Assembly (NCBI GenBank): GCA_951406725.2
Contig: OX597817.1
Span: forward strand, 57,350,001-57,414,000
Reading direction: 5' to 3'
DNA length: 64,000 nucleotides
DNA from: Octopus vulgaris
Lineage: Eukaryota
Shown here: positions 25,049 through 36,585 of the stretch, piece after piece
How positions within the stretch are numbered: the first letter of the stretch is position 1
Layout of the letters: each line of letters begins with the position of its first letter
Notes under the pieces: model-generated
Told to the model about the DNA's origin: nothing
The model's input: the letters and a program-made list of their open reading frames with translations, nothing else
Database searches by the model: none
Program-made: the position numbers and the translations under genes

Positions 25049-25608
25049 CTGCCTGCGATTTGAAGAGAAATTTGACTGCTATTTCTTGTTGGGTTGAGCA
25101 ACCACTTAATTGCAGGGCTATGGTACTCTTCACTAATAGGAGCAACACATAAACACTGTATTTGATAGTATACAAAAAAAAAGTGTTTCAAAAAAATCCC
25201 CCCACTTCACATCCTATATGGGAAATAAGGTTTATATTAAATGCTTTAATGCACTATAAAGCTCCCCCCCCCCCCCAGAATATGTGCTGCTGAAATTGGG
25301 GTGCGTCTGACATGGCTGTACGTCTTTGATGCCTTCAAATAGAATGCCGAGTGGGGGAGTTTCACCATAAGAAATAACTCAAATGTTGCAGCATTGCGAA
25401 GACTGATTTCTTTTGTAATTAAGATATATATATATGTAAGTATGTATATATATACATACACATATATATAGAAAGAGTGACTGTGTCTTTGTTGCTGTAA
25501 GAGGAGACACAACTGTCAACTTTGTGTTGTTGAAAGAGACAATGCTGCTTGTTAACACTACTTTCTCCCACCCGCCCACCGTTTACTTTTCTCCTTACAA
25601 TAGTGTGA

Positions 25609-25657
<49 letters not shown>

Positions 25658-26278
25658 TGAGTGAGTGTGTGTGCGCATGTTGGCAAGAAACCAAGCTAAT
25701 ACATTTGTCATTTCCCAAGAACTTAACCTAATTAAAACAAATGAATTAGGAAATAAAAAATAAATGAACGAAATGAGTACACACACACACACACACACAC
25801 ACACAAGTAGAGTTGTCAGTTTGCAGCATTTGTTTTATTATTTCTTCCAAAATTTTATTTATGTTTTGTTGGGTTGGGTTTTATTTGTGTGTGTGTAGGA
25901 GTAAAAGTTTGTATGTGGGTTGTGGATGTGCTTAGAGAAAGTGTGTGTGTGTGTGTGTGTGTGATTTTGTGCAGTTGCATATGTGAGAATGGTTGGGTTA
26001 TAAAAGTCTGGTTGGTTCAGGGGGGATTTGTTGGTGAAAGAGGATGGCTGGTTTATAAAGAACACTTTTTAACAGAGAATAATTAGGTGAAAGCGAACAG
26101 TTGGTTCTGGAGAATGGTTTGGCATATAGAGAATGGTAGGTTTGTAAAGAATATTTTACAAAGAATAATTAGATGAAAGAGAGCAGTTGGTTATGGAGAA
26201 TGGTTGGTTCATCGAAGCTTGTATTGAAATATCTAAACACCTATTTGATTTATGACTGTCGTTAGAATATTGACATAA

Positions 26279-26715
26279 TCTCTCTCTCTCTATATATATA
26301 TATATATCTATATATATATATATTTATATATATATATATAAAGCTGAAGTTGTCTGTGTATGGCAGGTTTGGTAGCCTTCAACTAACACTATCTCCCCCG
26401 AGACCCTGCGGCGCAATTTGACCAAAATTGAGAGTATGATAGAAGAAGGCTTGCTCTTCCTTCCGTAGAAGAAGAAATTCAAATCGGACCATGTTAACAC
26501 CAAAAATTATTTACATCAAAAAGGTGCTTTTTTTCTATGAAAATCCCTATTTTTTACAATTTTTTTACAGCTGTGTCGCCATTTGTCGGTGTATTTCAAC
26601 CAGAAAAATGTTCACTTAAAAAGAATAAGCTACATAATGCAAAATTTTTACTTTTCAAAAATTCCAATTCTAAAGGGTCAAAACAAACCCGAGCAACGCC
26701 GGGCGATACTGCTAG
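26279..26715 (+). mobile_element. Non-autonomous Helitron, second copy
   Basis: Same body as 12991-13387; 3' hairpin CCCGAGCAACGCCGGG followed by CTAG. Confidence 0.85.
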
Positions 26716-27709
26716 TTTTAGAGACAATCACAATTGGTTAATAAATGGTCATATGAGTCATGCCAGGTACCATAATACCTGTCTGCTATGAGATTTAGTT
26801 TTATCGGATATGTTACTGCAACTGCAATGACTTTTAGTGCTTAGTTATACCAATTCTTTTAAAATAATATCAAATTGCACAAGAACAACCCTCACACACA
26901 CACAAGTGCCTGTGCATTTGCCAAAGTACTAATAGTTTGTAAATTTATAACTGAAGCTCTATTGATCCAGCTATTCTATTGTGTATAGGTATCATAAGGA
27001 GGCGCTATAGAGATGTTGAGTGTGTCACTGGCAAATCAAACGACAATCACAATTTGCTGAATTCTTTGAACGTCATCGGAATAGCAGAGGAGTGAAAGGT
27101 TCCTGTTACATTATATCTGTCAGAAGTAATTTTCAGTCTCAATGCCTCAGTTTATCTAGCTGTAAATAGGTACCATAGAGATGTACAAGATAGTATTGAG
27201 AACAAGAAATGATACATCATGAGTATTCCAATTAACCTGAATTTTTGAAGCTGTAATATCAATTAATTTACTCCTTTTCATCCTCACATTTTACAGTCAG
27301 GTTTTTCTATGATTTTAAAAAAGTCATCCACATGGTGCCATGTAAAGTACAGAGTACACACTGTAAAGTGGTTGGCATTAGGAAGGACATCCAGCTGTAG
27401 AAACCTTGCCAAAACAGACTATGGTACCTGGTGCAGCTCTCCAGCCTCGCCAGCTCCTGCCAAACTGTCCGACCCATACCAGCATGGAAAATGGATGTTA
27501 AATGATGATTATGATGATGATGAGGACTTTTATTATTAGTTTCAAATTGTGGTACAAGGCCAGCAATTTTGGGAGATGGAGCAACTCAAATTCAATTACA
27601 TCAACCCCACGGCTGAAAAGAAGAAAGGCAAGGGATTTGAACTCAGAATGTCATGATGGGCAAAATGTCACAAATGATTCTACCAGCTCACTATTATCAT
27701 TATTATTAT

Positions 27710-28290
27710 TAAGGTAGTGAGCTGGCAGAATCATTAGCAAGTCAGGCAAAATGCTTAGTGGTATTTCATCTGCTGCTACATTCTGAGTTCAAATTCCCCT
27801 TTCGGGGGTCGATAAAATTACACTGGGGGGGTCAATGTAATTGACTTAATCCCTTCTCCCAAATTTGAGGCCTTGTGCTTCCAGTAGAAAGGATTGCTAT
27901 TATTATTATAATTATGGTGGCAAGCTGGTAGAATTGTTAGCACACCAGGCAGAATACTTGGTGGTATTTTGTCTGTCTTTACTTTCTGAGTTCATAGTCC
28001 GCCAAGGTTGACTTTGCTTTTCATCCTTTGGGGGGGAGGGTCGATGAAAAATGTAACAGTTGAGTACTAGGGTCAATATAATTGACAATCCCCCTCCCTC
28101 AATTTCAAGCCTTGTACCTCTAGTAGAAAAAAATTATTATTATTAAGGCTGCTAGCTGACAATCATCAGCACACCAGACAAAAAGCTTGGCAGCAAATAC
28201 TGCCAAGGTGGACTTAGCCTATCGTCCTTTCCTGGTTGATAAGATATTAAGTACCAGTTGAGTACTGGGGTCGATGTAACTGGCTGTCCC
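27710..28290 (+). mobile_element. Tandem array of tRNA-derived SINE family B copies separated by (TTA)n
   Basis: Repeated GAGCTGGCAGAA..TTCTGAGTTCAAATTC..TTTCATCCTTT..GTACCAGTTG; minus copies at about 1560, 39690, 50142, 50600, 53243, 57020 and 57275. Confidence 0.8.
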
Positions 28291-28599
28291 CTTCCTTGTC
28301 TTCACTGCTGCCATGGACCAACATTCTATCCAAGGGGAACATTGTGATCTTGGTCACTTATTCACCATGAGACTGAGTAACTGGCCTTCTGAGTCCTACA
28401 GCTCAAGAAAAATGCTTAAAAACCCATATGGAATAAGTGAAGTTTTAGATGGTTGTGAGAAATATGCTACATGTGAGATGTGGTGGGAGGAGAGAAATGA
28501 GGAAGGATTTGTTGCGGGGTGTAATGTTATCTTACAACTTCGGTGCAAGAATGGGAGGGGATCGAACCCAAAACAATGCAGCTTTGAAGTGAACTTGAA

Positions 28600-28915
28600 G
28601 GTATGTGGCTTAGTGGTTAGGATATTTAGCCCATCACCATAAGGTTGTAAGTTCAATACCCGGCAGCATTTTGCATCCATGACTAGGTTGCTTTTATTTC
28701 ACATTGCTCCAGTCAACTCAGCTGGCAAAAATGAATAGTACCTCTATTTCAAAAGGGCCAGCTTTGTCATTTTCTGTGCCACACTGAATCCCTGAGAAAT
28801 ATGTTAAGGGTGCATGTGTCTGTGGAGTACTCAACCACTAGCACGTTATTTTCACAAGCAGGGTGTTCCATTGGTCAGATCGACTGGAACCCTGGTGGTC
28901 ATAATATGACAAAGT
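28600..28915 (+). mobile_element. tRNA-derived SINE, family D
   Basis: TGGCTTAGTGG A box, AGTTCAATACC B box; minus copy at about 49650-49935; related head at about 23370-23525. Confidence 0.7.
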
Positions 28916-29006
28916 GCCAGTTTTTTTGTTTTCTTTAACCATACAGCCTCACCTGAGCCCCATAAACTGTGAAAGTAAAGGTGACATTTTCCCCATCAAT
29001 ACCTAC

Positions 29007-29141
29007 CTGCATGCGTTCGACGGGATCTGTTGCAGTTCCTGCCTTCTCTAGCAGATATGCATATTCCATATGTTCTGCCATACGTTGCAACAAGCTTAGA
29101 GGTTCATTAAAGATAACAGGCATTGTCATTTTGGAGAGTTC
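29007..29141 (-). CDS. OSBPL1A: ORP exon: ELSKMTMPVIFNEPLSLLQRMAEHMEYAYLLEKAGTATDPVERMQ
   Basis: Within ORF 28935..29177; acceptor TTTTCAG, donor GTAGGT; 135 nt, phase 0-0; conserved ORD motif ELSKxxMPVxFNEPLSxLQR. Confidence 0.95.
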
Positions 29142-29223
29142 CTGAAAAACATAAAGGAAAAAAAAAGGAAGAGGCATGAGACACTGGATTAAATTTCACA
29201 CTGATTAATCATGCTTATAAAAA

Positions 29224-29497
29224 AATAATAATGAAATTATTGTATACAGTGCTCAGGTGCACCACAACTTGTCAAAAGTGTGTATAAAGCATATGCAGTA
29301 ATGTACAAATGCATGGAAAGTGAACAGTGAATGAGTCAGATACATGCTTGTGTGTGTATGGAGGGGAGAAAATCAGGTGTAGTGTTGGCGAATTTCAGGA
29401 AGCATGGAAGTTTTGAAGGATGCAGTGCTCCGACAACTAACAACTGATGCCGGCAGTTTGTTCCATGCTTCAGCAACTCTTAGCGTGAAAAAATGTT
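29224..29497 (-). mobile_element. CR1-type LINE 3' end
   Basis: Minus translation HFFTLRVAEAWNKLPASVVSCRSTASFKTS, the CR1 C-terminal motif FFxxRVxxxWNxLP, then a 3' UTR and (ATT)n tail. Confidence 0.85.
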
Positions 29498-30982
29498 ATT
29501 TCTTTGTTGCACAGAAATCATCTTAAGAAGTTGTTTATGTCAAAGTGCAATATTCTTCATACACCAGAATATGAAATAACTTAAAAACACCACCACTCTC
29601 TGAGGAAGAATGAGGAAGACTTTTCACTATAGCAGTCTGAACCAGTGACCTTAATATTCTTTGTGTTCACATAGGCGCAGGTGTGGCCGTGTGGTAAGAA
29701 GCTTGCTTCCCAACCACATGGTTTAGTCCTGCTGTGTCCTTGGGCTGATCAAAACCTTGTGAGTGGATTTGGAAGACGGAAACTGAAAGAAGTCTGTCGC
29801 ATATATATGTATATATGCATGTGTGTGTTTGTCCCCCCCCCACACCACCACCACCATCACTTGACAACTGATGTTGGTGTGTTTATGTCCCTGCTGTAAC
29901 TTAGAGGTCCAGCAAAGAGACCAATAGGACAAGTACCGGGCTTCCAAAGAATAAGTCCAAGGGTCAATTTCTTTGACAAAAAGGCAGTGCTCCAGCATGG
30001 CCACAATCAAAATGACTGAAACAGGTAAAAAAAAAAAATAATAAAAGAACAGACTGTAACACTTCCAGATTTTTCTTATTTTTTAATACCAAACCAGTTA
30101 ATGCGAAATTTTCTATCCATGATGCCTACATTGAAATGCAAATGAAAATTTGTCTGTGATCCAGTAAAAAAAAAAGTGAAGACATCAAACATCTCAGTCG
30201 TAAAAGCAGAATGTCACCCACTCCAATATTTGAGAGCAAATGAAATGACATCCTGTGTGATGCTTTGTTCCAGGCCATTGACACCCAGCTCATTCCTGCC
30301 AACCATTTTAAAGACTAACAAGTTTCTCTTCTGAATTCGGCCGTAATTGGCAGGGACCGATGCAGCAGTAGAAACCAAAATCTTAAAAGGAATTGATTTA
30401 TAATTATTACATAAAAGCAATCATCGAGGGTAAAAAAAACCCAAAAAACACAATTATTGTTGATGTTGATGTTGGCAGATTCGTTAGGATGTTGGAAATA
30501 TACCTTGCAGTATTCGTTCCAACTCTTTATATTCTCCATTCAACACTGCCTTTCATCCTTTCACATTTGATAAAAGCATAATTTAAGTGCTAGGTTGATG
30601 ATATTGACTAACCCCTTCTCCTCAAGGCTGCTGTCTCCCACTCTCTCTCTCCTCCTCCTCCTGCACTTCCCTCAGGTCGGGTAACCATGTCTCTCCTTTA
30701 CAGTAGCGCACCTGTTTCAGTTTTCATTCCTGATCCCCCACCCTCTCTCTCCGGTCGGGTAACCTTGTACTTCCTCTACAGCAAGACACCTATTTCTGTC
30801 TCTCTGTCTCCATTATTATTATTTCATTTACGTACAACAGATTAGACTGTTGGACAAAATTCCTAACATCAGGCTACAACCGTCTTCACTATCCTAATTA
30901 TCTCAATACTGTACTAAGCTAGGCTTTATGCCTATTTCCATAATCCATCTGTTCAAATCTTTAGTTTATTATTATTATTATT

Positions 30983-33900
30983 CTTGTTTTGAAAGCAGAT
31001 GGACGTGTCTTCTGAAGCTCCGTAAGTTGTTGGCCAATTTCACTGGAAAATTTGTTAAAACTATTAATTAATATTTTTGCATATTTGTGTAGCCAAGCCG
31101 ACTAGTTTCTTGCGGAGCTAGTCGGTTAGGTGGAATTTTCCCATTTCAGGGGCAAAATTTTTGCTTGAAACTCTGAATTTTTACTTTATAACTTGTAATT
31201 TTTGCCAAAACGTCTTTGAAGAGAACAGTAAGCTGTTCCCTTCCTTGTGCACCACACCCTCTGAAGATGGATAACAAGACAAGTCAGATGTCAAATGTCA
31301 ATTCAACTTGCCCATTTTGCGCTTTAAAAGGCAAAGAAGATAATGTGCAGCGCTACTGAAGTAAATGGAGGCTGTTCCTTCAACTGCCTTTCGGACCTGC
31401 ATTTCATAGCTCTCACCACCACTGTTGCTCCTGCACCGGAGAAGGAGGGAGAGAAAAACATAAACACGTTTAACAAAGAATCCAGCACCAGTAGCACCAC
31501 CAAGACCAACAACAAAAGCCATTGTAACCGGTTTCGCTTCCGCAGCAAAGCAAAGCTCGGAGGAAATCAATGTTACAATGGACGATATTAAAACTGCAAA
31601 AGAGTTGTTAAGGAAGGATGGACACAATGTCTTCCTTAACACTCCACAGACACTAATAAACGAGACAAACAGAAGAACAATAATAATTTTCAACATTAAA
31701 CACAAGAAGATGGAAAGTGCATCTCCACAGCAGTTGGAGATAGCACTCAAGCCCATATGGGGCAAAAAAATCTTTTGTAACAAAAGGGAAGCAGTTTGGA
31801 ACTATAAAAGTTTGCTTCCCAACTGAAGAAGATGCAAGGCAGCATTCAAAGACAACCCTGAAAACTGAAGATTTGCTGCTTGTGCTGACATACCTTGGTC
31901 GGCGCATAACGAAAATCAAAACTGACCAAGTGCCACCCAAGCTTAACATATGCTGGTGCCATCCAAGAATTTGGACCTGGAGATCTCCATTTCTAGTGAC
32001 TTCGAGGGCCACCTCCCAGTGGTGTTAGGCGTCAACGAAGAGCCCTCAACTACAACAAGACAACCAAAGTTTCTTTTCTTTTCCCCAAGGTCTGGGGTTT
32101 CCCGCCCCTAAGCCCTAAACCATCACCTAATCAACCTTACCCATCTTGTTGCTTAATAACAACAACAACATATGCTGGCTAGTGGCAGCTGTCCTCTACG
32201 ACATAGAAGACACTGCCACTATTTTGGAAGCGCATAAGTTGCACAGCCAGAACTGGTCGGGTATGGGAATGCAGCTTCTCGCGCAGATCAACCGACAAAC
32301 CATAGATTCCATACCCGACTCTATAAATTTGCCGGACAGCACCAGAGTGCACGTTGCTGTAGAGGGGCGAAGGGTAAAGTGCTACCTCTGCAGCAGCAAA
32401 AAACATTTAAAAGTGGATTGCCCCATTTACAAGGAAAGAATGGAGGCAGAGAAAAAGAAGAAGTCACAGCAACAACAACAACAACCACAGGAGATGCAGC
32501 AGAAGCAAAAGCCAAAAGCTTCCACACCACCAACACCACCTCCAACCATCACCACCACCATCAACAGCAACATCAATTTCAACAGAGATGACACCACCAA
32601 TAACAACATCAGATAAAACTATATTTCAAAAAAAAAAAAAAATAGTGCGAGTACTGATAGTGAGAAAGGGGAGTGGCACACAGTGCCACCGAAAAAGAAA
32701 AGAAAAAAGAAACATTAAGAAACAACTGACAAACTGGGGAGGCACGAGAAAGTAGAACTTCCCACCAACAACAACAACAGCAACATGCACTTACAACAAT
32801 TAGCAACACCTTCTTCACCACTACCACCGCACACACCAACACACACAGACACCACCACCACCAATACCAACGTTACAGCAATAAACACGACAAATGAACA
32901 CCTAGTGACATACTTGAAAAACAATACAGACATGAAAATTTCAGATTTTGTCAGACCCACACACAACACACCACCACCACACATACTCACACTGAAAATT
33001 TCCCAAAACAGCTATGACAAAATCAAAACCAAATTTCCAGAAGATGTTGGGTCACTAGGGAAAAGTTTCTCCATAAAACTCTTAAGAAATCTGGTGGAAA
33101 TACCCACACAGAAGCATAAGGGAGCCACCCCACCTGTCAACAGCTGTAAGTAGAGCTAGTTCTCTTGTATAAATACGTTTTTTTTTAAACATAGTCATGC
33201 TCAGAATCTGAAGTATAAATGTGAGAGGCCTTGGGTCACCTTAGAAACAAGGTCATTTGCTAAACGACCTGAGGTCTTACAGTGTGGATGTAGCAGCCAT
33301 TAGCGAAACCAGGCTCTTTGACCCACGGGAACTTGCAGCCCTTTTCGGCGGATACGAGATTTTTCTATCTCCATGTTAGTTGGGAGCGGGCAGTGGTGGA
33401 GCTTTGATCAATTTAGATCAGTCTAAAACCTTTGGTAGGGTCGACCATCGATACCTGGCAGTCATTAGACTGTGGAAGGGTCAGGTACCACTGGTCAGGC
33501 ACTCCATTTGCTGTCAACAGCGGCTGAATGGAGGCCTTGGCATGCTTTTGTTGCTGATGCGCAGACATACACTTAGGCTACAGCATCTCAAGTGTTTCTT
33601 GGACAGTGAACAGGTGTGGTCACCATTTGTCAGACGCAACTTTCCGCAGCTTGTCTCTTTGACCAAGCTGCAATCTTGGATCAAACATAGACTGAGAAAG
33701 AGCACTTGGCACCTCGAGTGCTGTCAAGCTCTCTCTGCCTTCAGCCAAGCGAGCAATGCGATCAGTATTAGTTCCACTCCAGCGTTCTATAGAGGATTAG
33801 TGGAAGAAAAGTGCGATGACGTTCTCAGGGAAACTCTAGGCATCGATGATAATCAGCCAAACAGTCTGTTTGGAAGAACTTTCAGGCCAGGGCCCATGGA

Positions 33901-34616
33901 TAACTTCCAAAGGTTCCTCACCTGGCAGTGCTACTGAGGGGTGCTGCCTGTTTGAGATAAACTCTACCAGCATGGAAGTGCCGTCAGCCGGGCCTGCCCA
34001 AGGTGCGCTCAGAGCAACGAAACTGTTCTGCATGCACTCGTCCAGTGCCTGAGCATTGCTGACCTGTGGGTTTATCTGCTGAATTCATAGTTAAGATTGC
34101 CCCACCAGCCTCCATTAACCAGGACAGGAAGGCAATTTTCATTTGTCTGGTGGCTGTAGTGAAAGAAGTGGTATGGTGGACCTGTTTGAAAGGGCTAGAG
34201 TCAGACACTTTCCTCTTTGGCCAAGGCCTCATCAACTTTTTCAAGTTCCACTTCAAAAGGAAAGTGAGGGTAGAGAGGGAAGTGTTGTCTTGTAGCAAAT
34301 TTATTGAAAGGTGGGTGAATATCGGAAAAATGGCCAGTATGGATGGACCAATTCTGAGATTATACCTGTAAAAAAAGGTATAAAAGGAGAAAAGGATCTT
34401 CCCCCTTGACCAGGCACTCGTGGTTTTTATGGGTTTTTCCACTAGTAACCTTCAAAGCGCCTCCCCCTATTGGGAAATTTTTACTCATTACATTGTCTTT
34501 TTCTGTTATGAAATGTTTACACAGACCTCTTTTGGTTTTTGCAAAACCCTTTGTATATCATCTTGTGTTGTCCTTTGATGCTTTGATTTATATTAGCCTT
34601 GTGGCCAATAAAAGGA
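30983..34616 (+). mobile_element. L1/Tx1-clade LINE with both ends present but internally deleted and pseudogenised
   Basis: ORF1 remnants from ATG about 31267 with zinc knuckle CYLCSSKKHLKVDC; APE start at about 33197 (SINVRGL..DVAAISETRL); RT motif LDQSKTFGRVDHRYL; GGLG motif; C-terminal CPRC..ETVLHALVQC; AATAAA at 34607; (TTA)n tail. The 5' boundary is approximate. Confidence 0.85.
31957..32166 (+). mobile_element. Short retroposed insert nested in LINE ORF1
   Basis: 12-bp TSD AACATATGCTGG (31945-56 and 32167-78) and a (TAA/CAA)n 3' tail. Confidence 0.75.
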
Positions 34617-34768
34617 ATTATTATTATTATTATTATTATTATCATTATTATTATCATTATTATTATTATTATCATTATTACTATTATCATTATTATTACC
34701 ATTATTATTATTATCATTATTATTATTATCATTATTATTACCATTATTATTATTATTATTATTATTAA
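34617..34768. repeat. (TTA/TCA)n microsatellite at the LINE 3' end
   Basis: Directly visible; explains the poly-Y, poly-I and poly-N ORFs. Confidence 0.95.
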
Positions 34769-35747
34769 TCAGTAAAGTATTTGGGTTGATGTAATCAACT
34801 AAACAATTCTGCAGAATCTCAGGCCTCAAGCCACATCAAAAGCACCATCACCAACATAATTATTATTTTACTATTTAGAACTTATTGCACGTTTTCATTA
34901 CATATTCCAACATAGCTGTCATGGATGTGTGTGTGTGTGCATGCGTGCAGTGAACGTGTGGTTCATTATATTGATTGTACTCCTCGTAAGAAGCGTGTTG
35001 CACCCAGTGGTACTTAAGTGTTTTTTTAATAAATTTCATTTGTGTGTGTATGTGCGTGTGTACATACACATACGCATAAATGCATTTCCAAACATCTATC
35101 AGTATGCGTGTATCTTACAGGATGAGCTGGCAGTGTCCACAGCATTTTCACAAACTTACCTGTCCCTCCGTCTCAGTCCTGCTCAAGCACAGTTAAAATC
35201 AAAGACATTCTAACCATGGCCATCCTGACATTTAGGAGTTTCTAAAACCACTTGAATACACCCTTCTTCTTTCAAGACAGTAAGGTGTCATTGGTAAGAG
35301 ATTTAGCAGTATTACCTAGCAGATCAAGAGAAGGTCTCACTGAGTTTATATTAGCCTTTGCAGTTATTGTTGTTGTTGCTGCTTCAACATTGATCTGAAA
35401 TGGATTGCTGCTGACATTGATGTTGTCGTTGTAGCAGTAGTAGCATTGATTAAAAAAATTGATTATCGTTGTTGGTGTCACTCTACTAACTGATCTATAT
35501 TTTTTTGTCTTACAGATGGCAGGGTAGAGGTTAACTGGATCAATGCCAGGGCTGCCTGACTGGCTCCCGTGCCAGTGGCATGTAAAAGAGCACCCACTGC
35601 ACTCTCGGAGTGGTTGGTGTCAGGAAGGGCATCCAGGTGTAGAAACCTTGATGAATCAGATAGGAGCTTGGTGCAGCCTTCTGGCCTGCCAGTCCTCAGT
35701 CAAGCCATTCAACCCATGCCAGCATGGAAAACAGACGTTAAATGATG

Positions 35748-35775
<28 letters not shown>

Positions 35776-35779
<4 letters not shown>

Positions 35780-36054
35780 TGAATAAAATGAAATAACAAA
35801 GCCAAGGCAGAGTAAGTTTTCTAGGACATTTATATAGAAAATGGTAATCTTACAGCTGTTTCAGGGATATAAAGGAGATCCCATCATCAGTGACAATATG
35901 AGAGAGTTAAATATTTAACTCTTTCCTTCTTTTTAACTCTCTCATATTGTCTCTGATGATGGGATATCCCTCATGTCCCTGAAACAGCTGTAAGGCTACT
36001 TCTCTCTTTATAAATGTCCTAGAAATTTCACACTGCCTTGGCTTTTATTCAACA
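35776..36054. mobile_element. Fold-back Penelope-type element with a minimal hammerhead in each arm
   Basis: Arms 35776-35911 and 35932-36054; plus strand GTCT-CTGATGA-TGGGA..TCCCT-GAAACAGCTGTA-AGGC at 35949-35996; mirrored on minus. Confidence 0.8.
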
Positions 36055-36204
36055 TACACACGCTCACATATGACCCGCGTTAGACTCCTCACTCATACTA
36101 TTATCGAACTGGGAGTCTAATAGCAGTTCTTCCATAATACTTACATAGCCTTACCTGCCTTTTGGGTCCTCTAGATACCAAAACCCCTCGTATATATATA
36201 TATC

Positions 36205-36585
36205 ATGGAACTCCGTTGATTATGATGATGAGGGTTCCAGGTGATCCGATCAACAGAGCAGCCTGCTCGTGAAATTAATGTGCAAGTGGCTGAGCACCCC
36301 ACAGACACTGGTACCCTTAATCTAGGTTTTAGGGAGATTCAGCATGACACAGAGTGTGACAAGGCTGGCTGCTTTGAAATACAGGTACAACAGAAACAGG
36401 AAGAAAGAGTGAGAGAAAGTTGTGGTGAAAGAGTACAGCAGGGTCCCACCCCACCACCACCACCAGAGCCTTGTGGAGCTTCAGGTGTTTTCACTCAATA
36501 AACACTCACAACGTCCAGTCTGGGAATAGAAAGCGCGATCCTACAACCATGAATCTGCTGCCCTAACCACTGGGCCAATGCACCT
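36205..36585 (-). mobile_element. tRNA-derived SINE (head as 44784, tail as family D)
   Basis: TGGCCCAGTGGTTAGGGCAGC head on minus; tail matches 28740-28915. Confidence 0.7.

Noticed and set aside
30240-30370. Short patches complementary to exon 29007-29141 (possible editing-complementary sequence); similar 7-9-nt matches to exon 17783-17880 near 20810-20960
   Set aside because: The matches are short and gapped, and many such hits are expected by chance between a 100-nt exon and 64 kb.
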